This document shows positions 20,673 through 29,805 of a stretch of DNA of 64,000 nucleotides, piece by piece (position 1 is the stretch's first letter; every line of letters begins with the position of its first letter). The stretch is from an uncultured Bacteroidales bacterium. GTDB taxonomy: Bacteria > Bacteroidota > Bacteroidia > Bacteroidales > UBA10428. The position numbers were made by a program, and so were the translations under genes. The notes below the pieces were generated by a model. That model ran no database searches. It was not told the origin of the DNA and was given only the letters and a program-made list of their open reading frames with translations. The stretch lies in the NCBI GenBank assembly GCA_963717995.1, contig CAVQXX010000012.1, positions 774,371 through 838,370 on the forward strand, read 5' to 3'.

Positions 20673-22073
20673 ATGGATCCATATTCACGACGGGATTTTC
20701 TGAAAACCAGCGGATTGGCTGGTATGGCCTTTGCCACCGGGGCTGGTAAACTGGCTGCTGGTTTAAATGGCAGGGAGAAGCCAATGAATATCCTGTTTTT
20801 CCTGGCTGATGATTTGCGTTGGAACTCCCTGGGATGTGCCGGTAATGAGGTAGTGATCACCCCTGAAATTGACAGGCTGGCAAAGGATGGAATTCGTTTT
20901 GGCAATGCGCGGGTTACTTCATCCATATGCATGGTAAGCAGGGCCTCGATTCTTACGGGACAGCATATGAGCAGGCATGGGATAGACCGTTTTCTCACCC
21001 CCCTTTCAGATGAGGCACTTGAATCCACTTATCCTGCTGTATTGCGGAAGGCAGGGTATCATACCGGTTATGTAGGTAAATATGGAGTTGATCATATTAA
21101 GGAAGGACAATTTGACTTTTACAGGGAATATGAAGGACAGCACTGGATTACCGATGAGAGCGGAAACACGGTGCATGTTACTCAAAAGAACCTGAACGAT
21201 GCACTGACTTTTTTAAACGAGCGGCCGGGTGAAAAACCATTTTGTCTGACAGTCGGATTTTTTGCCACCCATGCAGAAGATAATAACCTGGATCAGTATT
21301 GCTATCAACCCGGGAGCGAGGAATTATTCAAGGATGCTATTATACCTATCCCAGAAACTTCATCGCCTGAATTTTTTGAGAAACTGCCTCCCTTTATCGG
21401 TAGTGAAGAGAATGAGGGTAGAAGGCGCTGGCACTGGCGATTCGATACGCCTGAAAAATACCAGCGTTATATGAAGGCCTATTACAGGATGCTGGCTGAG
21501 CTTGATCATGCGGTTGGCGAAATAGTGGCTGCGTTGAAGAAAGAGGGAGTCTATGAAAACACCCTGATCGTATTTATGGGTGACAACGGATATTTTCAAA
21601 GTGAACACCAGCTTGCGGATAAGTGGTATCCTTATGAAGAATCACTCAGGGTGCCCCTGGTAATTCATGATCCCCGCCTCCCTTCCGGAAAAAGAGGTAT
21701 GGTCAATGATGAATATGTGCTGAACATTGATGTTGCACCCTTTATCCTTGCTGCTGCAGGAAGAAAAGTTCCTGTAGTAATGCAGGGCAGGGATTTCAGT
21801 GAATTATACAATGAAAAAGAAAAGACTGGCTGGCGGCAGGATTTTTATTATGCCCATCCGGTGGTTATTGATGAAAAAAGGATCCCGGCCTCCGAGGCGA
21901 TCATTGCCCGTGATTCAAAATATATCCTTTGGCCAAATTACAATTATGAAGAGTTTTTTGACCTCGAAAAGGATTCAATGGAAAAGACAAACCGGATATC
22001 AGACCCAACTTATGCCAGGAAAATAGAAAACCTGAAAGAAAGGTTCAAAATCCTGAAAGAATCAGCTAAATAA
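20673..22073 (+). CDS. Tat-signal S1-family sulfatase with a variant active-site motif (C-M-V-S-R)
   Basis: MDPYSRRDFLKTSGLAGMAFATGAG. ILFFLADD, SSICMVSRASILTGQH, GKYG, FMGDNG, ELFDLEKD tail. Confidence 0.85.
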   Translation: MDPYSRRDFLKTSGLAGMAFATGAGKLAAGLNGREKPMNILFFLADDLRWNSLGCAGNEVVITPEIDRLAKDGIRFGNARVTSSICMVSRASILTGQHMSRHGIDRFLTPLSDEALESTYPAVLRKAGYHTGYVGKYGVDHIKEGQFDFYREYEGQHWITDESGNTVHVTQKNLNDALTFLNERPGEKPFCLTVGFFATHAEDNNLDQYCYQPGSEELFKDAIIPIPETSSPEFFEKLPPFIGSEENEGRRRWHWRFDTPEKYQRYMKAYYRMLAELDHAVGEIVAALKKEGVYENTLIVFMGDNGYFQSEHQLADKWYPYEESLRVPLVIHDPRLPSGKRGMVNDEYVLNIDVAPFILAAAGRKVPVVMQGRDFSELYNEKEKTGWRQDFYYAHPVVIDEKRIPASEAIIARDSKYILWPNYNYEEFFDLEKDSMEKTNRISDPTYARKIENLKERFKILKESAK

Positions 22074-22113
22074 TCATCGGTATTCCAAAACAATGACCTG
22101 ATTAACAGAAGCA

Positions 22114-23649
22114 ATGAAAGAGAACTATAGCAGACGAAAATTTCTGGAGACAACGGGTATGGGTATTGCAGCCTTATCCCTTTCTCCTGCACTCGCATCC
22201 GGGAAAAAAATGCTTCCTGCAAAGAAGCCCAACCTGGTATTTGTATTTTCTGATCAACAGTCGCGCGACATGGTCGGCTGTTACGGGAATGAGGATATCA
22301 TTACGCCCAACCTGGATAAATTTGCCAGCGAGGGTATCCGTTTTGATCATTGCGTTTCTTCCCAGCCGGTCTGTACCCCGTTCAGGGGTATGCTGCTCAC
22401 CGGTCAGCATCCGCTTTCAAACGGGGCGTATACGAATGACGTGCCATTATTGGCGAATAATGGTAAGTATTTCGGTCATGTTCTCACGGAAGCCGGGTAT
22501 CGCACAGGGTATATTGGCAAATGGCACCTGTTGGGCGGAGATCGCGACAGGCCAGTTCCTCCCGGCAAGATGCGTTATGGCTTTGACGGTACCTTTTTGA
22601 CCAATAACTGCCATGTGGATTTCAGACCCGGGAAGTGCTTTTTCTGGAATGAAAAAAATGAAAAGGAATACTTCAATGAATGGGAGGTATTCGGACAAAC
22701 GCGCCAGGCTTTGGATTTCCTGGATGAATGCAGGGATGATGAACCCTTTGCCCTTTTTGTTTCCTGGCATCCGCCACATGATTGGGGTATCTATACCGAT
22801 GAACTGGTATATAAATATGATACTATTCCTGAATTATCCGGCTTGTATGATCCGCAAAAAATAAAGTTGCGTCCAAGTGTGAAGGATAGTCCGCGTGTCC
22901 GGCAGGCGTATCACGGGTATTATGCCATGGTCAGCGGGGTGGACCAGGCATTTGGACAATTAATGGACAAGCTGAAGGAGAAAGGATTCGATGACAATAC
23001 GATTGTAGTGTACACATCTGACCATGGTGATAACCTGAATTCATACGATTATAAAATTGCCAAGAATCATCCGGAGGACACATCTGCACGGATCCCTTTT
23101 CTGATCAGGTGGCCGGACTCTTTACCCGCTAAACAGGTGAGCAATCTTATAATTAATCCGATGGATATGATGCCAACAGTTCTTGGATTGATGGGCCTGG
23201 ATATTCCAAAGTCGGTCCAGGGGCAAAATCTGTCGGAAGCCATGATCAAACGCAGGGATGACGCAGTAGAGTCAGCACCCATGTTTTTTCTCAGTCCTTC
23301 ATGGCGGGGCGTTTACACTCACGAAGTAACTTATGGAAATGGAGTATTGGACCACTTTGTGGCTGATGACGAGGGCAAGCTCTCCTTTCAGCGTGTGCCT
23401 GTTAAAGTTTTATATGACAGGACCAATGACCCGCACCAGTTGAATAATCTGTATGGAACGCCCGGTGCCGAAGCTCTTCAGAAGAAAATGGAAAAACTTA
23501 CCCGTGATTGGATGGAAAAATTTAACGACCACGGAGCGAGCCCGGAAGAAATAGCACTGGCCTACGGCTATGCTGATGGCAGTTTTCCGGAAGATACAAA
23601 GGACCCCGGATTCAAAGGGAGACCGGTGGATGTGCTAAAAAGTCTGTAG
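22114..23649 (+). CDS. Tat-signal S1-family sulfatase (Cys-type)
   Basis: MKENYSRRKFLETTGMGIAALSLSPALA. LVFVFSDQ, CTPFRGMLLTGQHP, GKWHL, YTSDHGD. Confidence 0.9.
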   Translation: MKENYSRRKFLETTGMGIAALSLSPALASGKKMLPAKKPNLVFVFSDQQSRDMVGCYGNEDIITPNLDKFASEGIRFDHCVSSQPVCTPFRGMLLTGQHPLSNGAYTNDVPLLANNGKYFGHVLTEAGYRTGYIGKWHLLGGDRDRPVPPGKMRYGFDGTFLTNNCHVDFRPGKCFFWNEKNEKEYFNEWEVFGQTRQALDFLDECRDDEPFALFVSWHPPHDWGIYTDELVYKYDTIPELSGLYDPQKIKLRPSVKDSPRVRQAYHGYYAMVSGVDQAFGQLMDKLKEKGFDDNTIVVYTSDHGDNLNSYDYKIAKNHPEDTSARIPFLIRWPDSLPAKQVSNLIINPMDMMPTVLGLMGLDIPKSVQGQNLSEAMIKRRDDAVESAPMFFLSPSWRGVYTHEVTYGNGVLDHFVADDEGKLSFQRVPVKVLYDRTNDPHQLNNLYGTPGAEALQKKMEKLTRDWMEKFNDHGASPEEIALAYGYADGSFPEDTKDPGFKGRPVDVLKSL

Positions 23650-23683
23650 GCTCACTGCTCTTATAACTTCCATATTCGACAAT

Positions 23684-23757
23684 CGGTATTCCTTGTTCGG
23701 TGTTATTTGGACCAAAACAACACCGAACAAGGAACACCGAATAATGAATTTCGAAGA
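23684..23757. repeat. copy A of a repeated intergenic inverted-repeat element
   Basis: A 21-nt arm cggtattccttgttcggtgtt pairs with aacaccgaacaaggaacaccg (1 mismatch, 14-nt loop). The 39-mer AACACCGAACAAGGAACACCGAATAATGAATTTCGAAGA is 36/39 identical to 56557-56595. Confidence 0.65.
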
Positions 23758-23990
23758 TCTTACTGGTTTTTTCATGGACAGCCGGGTTAAAGATCCCGAT
23801 GGAGCTTTATACAATCTGAAAACGGACCCGGATGAAAAAAAAATGTGTAACTTCATCCGGAATTTCAATGCATTATTGATGATTTGATTAATCTGGCGCA
23901 GGATTGGACTGCAGGTACAAACATATTAATCAATTAGTGAAGTGTGCTTTTTTCAGAATTCAGTTATGTAAAAATTACAATAACTCAGGT

Positions 23991-24086
23991 GTCATTTTAT
24001 ATATATAAATGCCTAAAAAGTATAAAAGAAATATCTGAAAAGAATTATTTTTGATAGATTAAAGTCTTAAACTTGTAATAACAACT
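23991..24086 (+). promoter_or_regulatory. conserved upstream blocks of TBDR module A, including a candidate Bacteroidetes -7 box
   Basis: The 32-nt block GTCATTTTATATATATAAATGCCTAAAAAGTA and the block TCTTAAACTTGTAATAACAACT both recur upstream of the second TBDR with the same 74-nt spacing. TAAACTTG is one mismatch from the TAnnTTTG -7 consensus. Confidence 0.45.
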
Positions 24087-24167
24087 TATTGGCAGTAATC
24101 AGTAATACATCTTAATCAAATGTTAACACTAAAACACTAATTATTCTAAATATAAAAAAAGTGTAAG

Positions 24168-27100
24168 ATGAGATCACTCAGGATATTAAAAAAGTCTGTT
24201 ATTGCTGTTCTGATCTGTTTGTCAGGTTTGGCTTCTGCTTATGGCTCAGGTACATTACAGGGAAGGATTACAAGCACCGAAGGCGAGCCATTACCTTTTG
24301 CCAATATTGTAATTACCCATAAGATTGAGGGTGGGCAAAGGATTGAGTTGAAATCTCAAATTGGTGCTGTTACAGACTTGGATGGTTATTTTGTTATTTC
24401 ATCATTGTCAGCAGGGAAATTTGTTGTTCATGTGATATATATAGGTTATGAGGCGCAGGAGTTTGAAGTAGCTATCGAGAATAATCAGAGCTTTACTCTG
24501 AATGCAGTTCTGGCAAGTAAAAGCACAAACCTGGAAGAAGTTGTTATAAGCGCCCAGTCAAAAGGTCAGATGGCTGCAATAAATCAGCAACTTGCGGCCA
24601 TATCCATTAAGAATGTTGTTTCTACCGATAGAATTCAGAATAACCCTGACGCCAACGCAGCCGAATCAATAGGTCGTTTACCCGGAGTTTCTGTAACAAG
24701 GTCGGGAGGTGAAGCCAGTGATATTGTAATCAGGGGAATGGCTCCCGAATACAATAAAGTATTATTGAACGGGATTGAAATTCCTTCCAATAAGGGGACC
24801 AGCAGAAATGCCAACTTAAGTGGAATATCACAGTCTTCTTTGCAGGGTATTGAAGTATACAAATCACTTACTCCTGATATGGACGCAAATTCAGTGTCAG
24901 GTACTGTTAATATGTTGTTACAGACGGCTCCCAGCGGACTGCATAGCAGTTTAACGGTACAGGGGGGCTATAATAATCAGAATAACGACTGGAAAAACTA
25001 TAAAATATTTGGGGAAATAAGTAATCGCTTTTTTGAAGACAAACTGGGTGTGAGTTTTGGTGCGAGCGTTGAAAGGGTCAATCGCAGTACTCAGACGCTG
25101 TCTGCCGGTTATTCCATTGAGTCCAATAATGCCCCGGCCGGGGAGTTTGAACCCATGTATGTAAATAATGTCAATTTAAATGATATCAGTAACATCATTC
25201 ATAGAAGTTCGGGCACACTCGTATTTGACTACCGTTTTTCACCTAAATCAACTATTCAGTTTTCCAATTTCTTTTCCTATAATCCCACTGACAATTTTAG
25301 CATGAGCAAAAGTTTTGCTCCGAAAAGTGGGGTTGGGTATAATACGAATCAGGCAAAAGGCGATGGGTACATTTATTCCGGAGCTGTTATCGGCAAACAT
25401 ACGCTGGGAATAATTCAGCTGGATTATGGAACAGCATATTCATTATCAAATAGTCATAGTAAAAGTATTGCTATGAATGTTTTCAATCCATTTGGATTCA
25501 ATCCGGAAGACGGGACACAGGAAAAAAGAAGCCTTCCATTGGTTGAGATACTTAGTTTGGCCAATGACGAGCCTACCCCTGAAAATTTAAAGAATTTTGG
25601 TTTATATGGCCCCGGGTCAGATGGTGAAGATTGGATGGATGAAAAACAATTTGATGCACATGCAGATGTTACAGTGCCATTTAAACTGACAGATTTTATC
25701 AGCGGAAAAGTAAAAGCTGGCGGGCAATACAAGCACAAAAACAGAAGTCACAATGCGGATTACAAGGTTTATGGAGGGCCGCCGTTTCATAAGCTTATTT
25801 CAGGGATTCAGCAAACAGGTGACGGAATTGACTGGGCATTGCCCTGGGTATCACTTAATACCCAACAAGCTGTTACTATGGAAAACATATATGTGGAAGA
25901 CAATAGTAAATTCCTTCAGGGAACTGAATACAGTTTTGGATGGGTTCCGGATATAAACAGATTAAATGAGGTTTATAACTGGTGGCAGGACATAACCGGT
26001 TATTATCTCGGACTTGGAGGAACTGCATGGCAGCCGATATTTGGTCAGGAAAGAATGATCAGTTATTATGATTTGCGTCAAAGTGTAGTTAATGACAATT
26101 CGGTTGCTGAAGATTATTATGCAGGTTATGCAATGGCTGAAATCAGCATAGGTAAGAAAGTTGATTTTATACCCGGGGTCCGCTACGAGAACATGAAGGA
26201 TGATATGACCGGTTGGTTTGTTCAGCGTGCATTGGATGAGGGAATCAGATTACCCGGATATGAAACTTCAGCTTCCCAGCAAAACGGACATTTTTTCCCG
26301 ATGGTTCACCTGAAAGTAAAACCTATAAAATGGGCGACTCTCCAATTCTCTTATACTCAAACAATACATCGTCCGGACTATAATTCAATTATTCCATTTG
26401 AATACCTGGAAAATGGTTTGAAACCATTCTCCTATACCTATGGAAATCCTGATCTAAAGCCCGAGTTATGGACCAATTATGATGTAATGCTCTCGATTTT
26501 TAATAATAAAATCGGATTGCTTTCACTGAATGGTTTTTATAAAACAGTTCAGGATAAAATCTGGTACCGGTCATGGATGAGGGTCACTAGTGATCCTGTT
26601 GTATCCACCTTTGCCAGCAATGACGAGGTACTTGTTGGCTCATGGTACAATAATGAGTATAATTCAACTGTAAAAGGCTTTGAAATAGAATGGCAGACGG
26701 ATTTCCGGTTTTTACCATCACCTTTTAATCTATTTTCATTAACGGCAAATTATTCGATTCTGAAGAACGAGACAACTTATCCTTTTTCTGAGGTAAATAT
26801 TATACAAACAGGTACCACATCCGCTGGAAGACCAATCTTTGAGAAGGTCCGGAGCGATTCGACATTTACCGGAATGATGATTAATCAGCCCAAGTCCCTG
26901 GCCAATGTTTCGCTTGGGTTCAGCTATAAAAAATTTGATATCTATGTATCATTCCAGTATATAGGAGCCATACTCACCAATAGAGCCGTTCAGGAGGAAT
27001 TTGACAATTATAAAAATGCGTTCTACAGGTGGGGGCTGCAGGGCAAGCTGGGACTTCCTGTAAAAGGACTGGAGTTGTTATTCAATGTAGCAAATCTAAA

Positions 27101-27200
27101 TAATATCCAGGAAAAACAATATAACAGGGGTGATAGCCGGCCAACCTATGTGGAAAGTTATGGCTGGACGGCAGATCTTGGAATCAGATATTCATTTTAG
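24168..27200 (+). CDS. TonB-dependent outer-membrane receptor with N-terminal carboxypeptidase-regulatory-like domain (apparently not SusC/RagA-type)
   Basis: Signal peptide. GRITSTEGEPLPFANIVI (CarbopepD_reg-like), plug NPDANAAESIGRLPGVSVTRSGGEASDIVIRGM, a long beta-barrel and a terminal ..DLGIRYSF. Confidence 0.9.
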   Translation: MRSLRILKKSVIAVLICLSGLASAYGSGTLQGRITSTEGEPLPFANIVITHKIEGGQRIELKSQIGAVTDLDGYFVISSLSAGKFVVHVIYIGYEAQEFEVAIENNQSFTLNAVLASKSTNLEEVVISAQSKGQMAAINQQLAAISIKNVVSTDRIQNNPDANAAESIGRLPGVSVTRSGGEASDIVIRGMAPEYNKVLLNGIEIPSNKGTSRNANLSGISQSSLQGIEVYKSLTPDMDANSVSGTVNMLLQTAPSGLHSSLTVQGGYNNQNNDWKNYKIFGEISNRFFEDKLGVSFGASVERVNRSTQTLSAGYSIESNNAPAGEFEPMYVNNVNLNDISNIIHRSSGTLVFDYRFSPKSTIQFSNFFSYNPTDNFSMSKSFAPKSGVGYNTNQAKGDGYIYSGAVIGKHTLGIIQLDYGTAYSLSNSHSKSIAMNVFNPFGFNPEDGTQEKRSLPLVEILSLANDEPTPENLKNFGLYGPGSDGEDWMDEKQFDAHADVTVPFKLTDFISGKVKAGGQYKHKNRSHNADYKVYGGPPFHKLISGIQQTGDGIDWALPWVSLNTQQAVTMENIYVEDNSKFLQGTEYSFGWVPDINRLNEVYNWWQDITGYYLGLGGTAWQPIFGQERMISYYDLRQSVVNDNSVAEDYYAGYAMAEISIGKKVDFIPGVRYENMKDDMTGWFVQRALDEGIRLPGYETSASQQNGHFFPMVHLKVKPIKWATLQFSYTQTIHRPDYNSIIPFEYLENGLKPFSYTYGNPDLKPELWTNYDVMLSIFNNKIGLLSLNGFYKTVQDKIWYRSWMRVTSDPVVSTFASNDEVLVGSWYNNEYNSTVKGFEIEWQTDFRFLPSPFNLFSLTANYSILKNETTYPFSEVNIIQTGTTSAGRPIFEKVRSDSTFTGMMINQPKSLANVSLGFSYKKFDIYVSFQYIGAILTNRAVQEEFDNYKNAFYRWGLQGKLGLPVKGLELLFNVANLNNIQEKQYNRGDSRPTYVESYGWTADLGIRYSF

Positions 27201-27339
27201 AATGACCATTCAAATTATTTCACATATGAATTACGGATTTTTTAACCTTTTTGAGAATAACTAATGATAAGATTTATATAGAGTTCATTATAACAGTTGA
27301 TACAATCTTTTCTATTTACTAAACTAAATCAATTTAAAC

Positions 27340-29508
27340 ATGAGAAAACTTAACTTTATTAGTATTATTGGGACCGCTTTACTGGGTCTGAGTAGTATTT
27401 CCTTTGCACAGGATACCCTTGTGGTAGCACCTGGACTTGGGACTTTAAATGCGGCTATTCTCGAGAATGGCGACGCTAAAATTTACAAGCTCGAAGCTGG
27501 TGCCTGGTACGGTCTGGATGCTATTATTGAAGCTGGTCCGGAATTGTCGGGACTGCAGATTATTGGTGAAAAAACGGATGGCCTTCCTGCCGTTATCCAG
27601 GTAGGAAATGCACAGGACGGATCTGTTTTTCCCAGTCTGTTCAATTTATTTACCAACCTGACACTTAAAAATGTATTTCTTGCCGATCAGGATTTTTCAG
27701 GGACTATCGGGACTACGGTTATGAATTTTAATGCTGCAGTTCGCGTTGTCGTTGACAATTGTGTTATTGATCCGGCAGGTATTAACTACACTTTTGGAGG
27801 TGGAGCTACGGGTGACCACTCCAAGCTGTATCTGACCAACAGTCAGATCTTTCGCAATGGCTATATCAGCTCGCCTAATGATGGTGGCTGGATTCAAGGT
27901 CAGCAATTGGATACACTCTGGGTAGAGAATAATACATTTGTTTCTTCAGGACAGGACTTTCTTGCACGTGGTTTTCACAGTCAGCCGACCAATGGATTTA
28001 TCTGGATAAACCATAACACTATTCTGTGGCATGATGTATGGATCAAAAAGTCATACAATGACCCGAATTTCTTTTTTACCAACAACCTGATGGTGGATCC
28101 AAGCATATATGCACAGATGTATACATGGGGACAATTCTTCCCTGATTACAGACTGGGTAATACCATGCTTAGCCTTACCAGTACTGATACAATGCAGGTT
28201 GATGATGGTAACGGTTCATTCATGAATGAAACCTTGCCTTCTGAAAGAACAATGTTCTGGCAGCGGAACCTTCAGTACAATTCGCCCCAGTTAAAAAGCC
28301 TGATAACAAATGCAAAGACTAAATATGGCGGAGATTTGTATCTCATACCCATGCTTTGGGATGAGAATACTCCTACGGATTATGCCGGGATACCTGTAGT
28401 ATCTCCTGCTGATTCAAGCAGAGAAAACAGGATATTGAACGATGATACAAACTGGCCCAATATGAAATACAATCATAATATGTATGATATTGACCCTCAA
28501 TGGGAAGATGCCAGGATTACAAATATGGAGGATAGTGTGGGTACTTTTATAAACGGATGGTTTGGCAAATTTGTATATGGAGACCCTGAAATTGATGCAA
28601 ACGCACTTCCAGGTTACAATTGGGATATTGACAATTGGAATGGTGTTTCAATGGCTGAATACCCGCAAACATGGCCACGTTTTAATGGTGTCTACACAAA
28701 TGCTGAATTGTTAACTGCTTCTACTGAAGGTCTTCCGTTGGGTGACCTGAACTGGTTCCCTGAAAATAAAGCAAAATGGGAAGCTGAAAAAGAGATGATC
28801 ATGGAACACATCTTAGCGCTGAATGAAGATCAATATGCAATTACGACAAGCAATACTGTTGTTGATATTATTGTTGCCAGTCCCGATCATGAAACACTCG
28901 AAGCTGCTGTCATAGCTGCTGAACTGGCTGATGATCTGTCAGCTGAGGGTCCCTTTACCGTATTTGCCCCCACGGACGATGCATTCGCTGCTCTTCCCGC
29001 AGGTACACTGGATGACCTGCTCGCAGATCCGACCGGCGACCTGGCCGACATACTCCTGTACCATGTGGTAAGCGGAAAGGTCATGTCAGCTGATCTCTCC
29101 GACGGTCAGACGGCCACTACACTGCTGGGTAAAGACATTACCGTGACCATCAATGGCGACGGCGTTTTCATCAATGATGCCAAGGTTACTGTAGCAGATA
29201 TAGAAGCAGATAATGGCGTTGTACATGTTATTGATGCTGTATTGATTCCATCCGCTGCAACAGGACTTCCGGGTAATATTGCTGATTCAAAAAAACTCAG
29301 TGTATATCCCAACCCGGCAAGTGACATTCTGAACGTGAAAGGATCCAAAAATGCTGACGTAACGATCATGAACATTGATGGACGCGTGGTTAGAAGTGCA
29401 AAGAATGTATCAAGTGTGAATATTTCTGATCTTGACAATGGTCTGTATTCAGTTACCATTAAAGAAGGAAATAAGGTTTCACAACAAAAGGTGATTATCG
29501 CCAGATAA
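27340..29508 (+). CDS. T9SS-sorted surface protein: N-terminal beta-helix-like domain, FAS1 (fasciclin) domain and type-A C-terminal sorting domain
   Basis: Signal peptide. Repetitive V.NC.I/L.NN.F segments. FAS1 motifs [55 protein letters not shown]...[13 protein letters not shown]. Confidence 0.7.
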   Translation: MRKLNFISIIGTALLGLSSISFAQDTLVVAPGLGTLNAAILENGDAKIYKLEAGAWYGLDAIIEAGPELSGLQIIGEKTDGLPAVIQVGNAQDGSVFPSLFNLFTNLTLKNVFLADQDFSGTIGTTVMNFNAAVRVVVDNCVIDPAGINYTFGGGATGDHSKLYLTNSQIFRNGYISSPNDGGWIQGQQLDTLWVENNTFVSSGQDFLARGFHSQPTNGFIWINHNTILWHDVWIKKSYNDPNFFFTNNLMVDPSIYAQMYTWGQFFPDYRLGNTMLSLTSTDTMQVDDGNGSFMNETLPSERTMFWQRNLQYNSPQLKSLITNAKTKYGGDLYLIPMLWDENTPTDYAGIPVVSPADSSRENRILNDDTNWPNMKYNHNMYDIDPQWEDARITNMEDSVGTFINGWFGKFVYGDPEIDANALPGYNWDIDNWNGVSMAEYPQTWPRFNGVYTNAELLTASTEGLPLGDLNWFPENKAKWEAEKEMIMEHILALNEDQYAITTSNTVVDIIVASPDHETLEAAVIAAELADDLSAEGPFTVFAPTDDAFAALPAGTLDDLLADPTGDLADILLYHVVSGKVMSADLSDGQTATTLLGKDITVTINGDGVFINDAKVTVADIEADNGVVHVIDAVLIPSAATGLPGNIADSKKLSVYPNPASDILNVKGSKNADVTIMNIDGRVVRSAKNVSSVNISDLDNGLYSVTIKEGNKVSQQKVIIAR

Positions 29509-29531
29509 GCACATGAATTACAAATGATCAG

Positions 29532-29612
29532 TTTTAACGAAGTGCAATAAGCACTTCGTTAAAAGAGTAATGGTGAAAAGGAGAGTATATGATTTAGATA
29601 CTCTCCTTTTTT
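29532..29612 (+). terminator. two hairpins after module A; the second is followed by a T-run (intrinsic terminator)
   Basis: TTTTAACGAAGTGC-aataa-GCACTTCGTTAAAA, then AAAGGAGAGTAT-9 nt-ATACTCTCCTTTTTT. Confidence 0.6.
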
Positions 29613-29626
29613 CTTTATGGCACCAG

Positions 29627-29722
29627 GTCATTTTATATATATAAATGCCTAAAAAGTACAAAAGAAACCGCTAAAAAAAATTGATTGGCTTAAATTTAAA
29701 TCTTAAACTTGTTATAACAACT
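29627..29722 (+). promoter_or_regulatory. conserved upstream blocks of TBDR module B (duplicate of 23991-24086)
   Basis: The same 32-nt block and TCTTAAACTTGTTATAACAACT, with block starts again 74 nt apart, lie 84 nt upstream of the ATG at 29806. Confidence 0.45.
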
Positions 29723-29805
29723 ATGCAGGAATGCATGGTGGATAAATAATATTTGCATCGGCCCATTACAAAAACAGATAATAAGTTCATTTACCCCTTT
29801 CAAAA

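Noticed and set aside
23693-23887. The 64-aa ORF as a real gene
   Set aside because: Its 5' half is the translated inverted-repeat element and its start is TTG. Only the 3' part shows a sulfatase-tail-like motif, which is treated as a possible gene relic.
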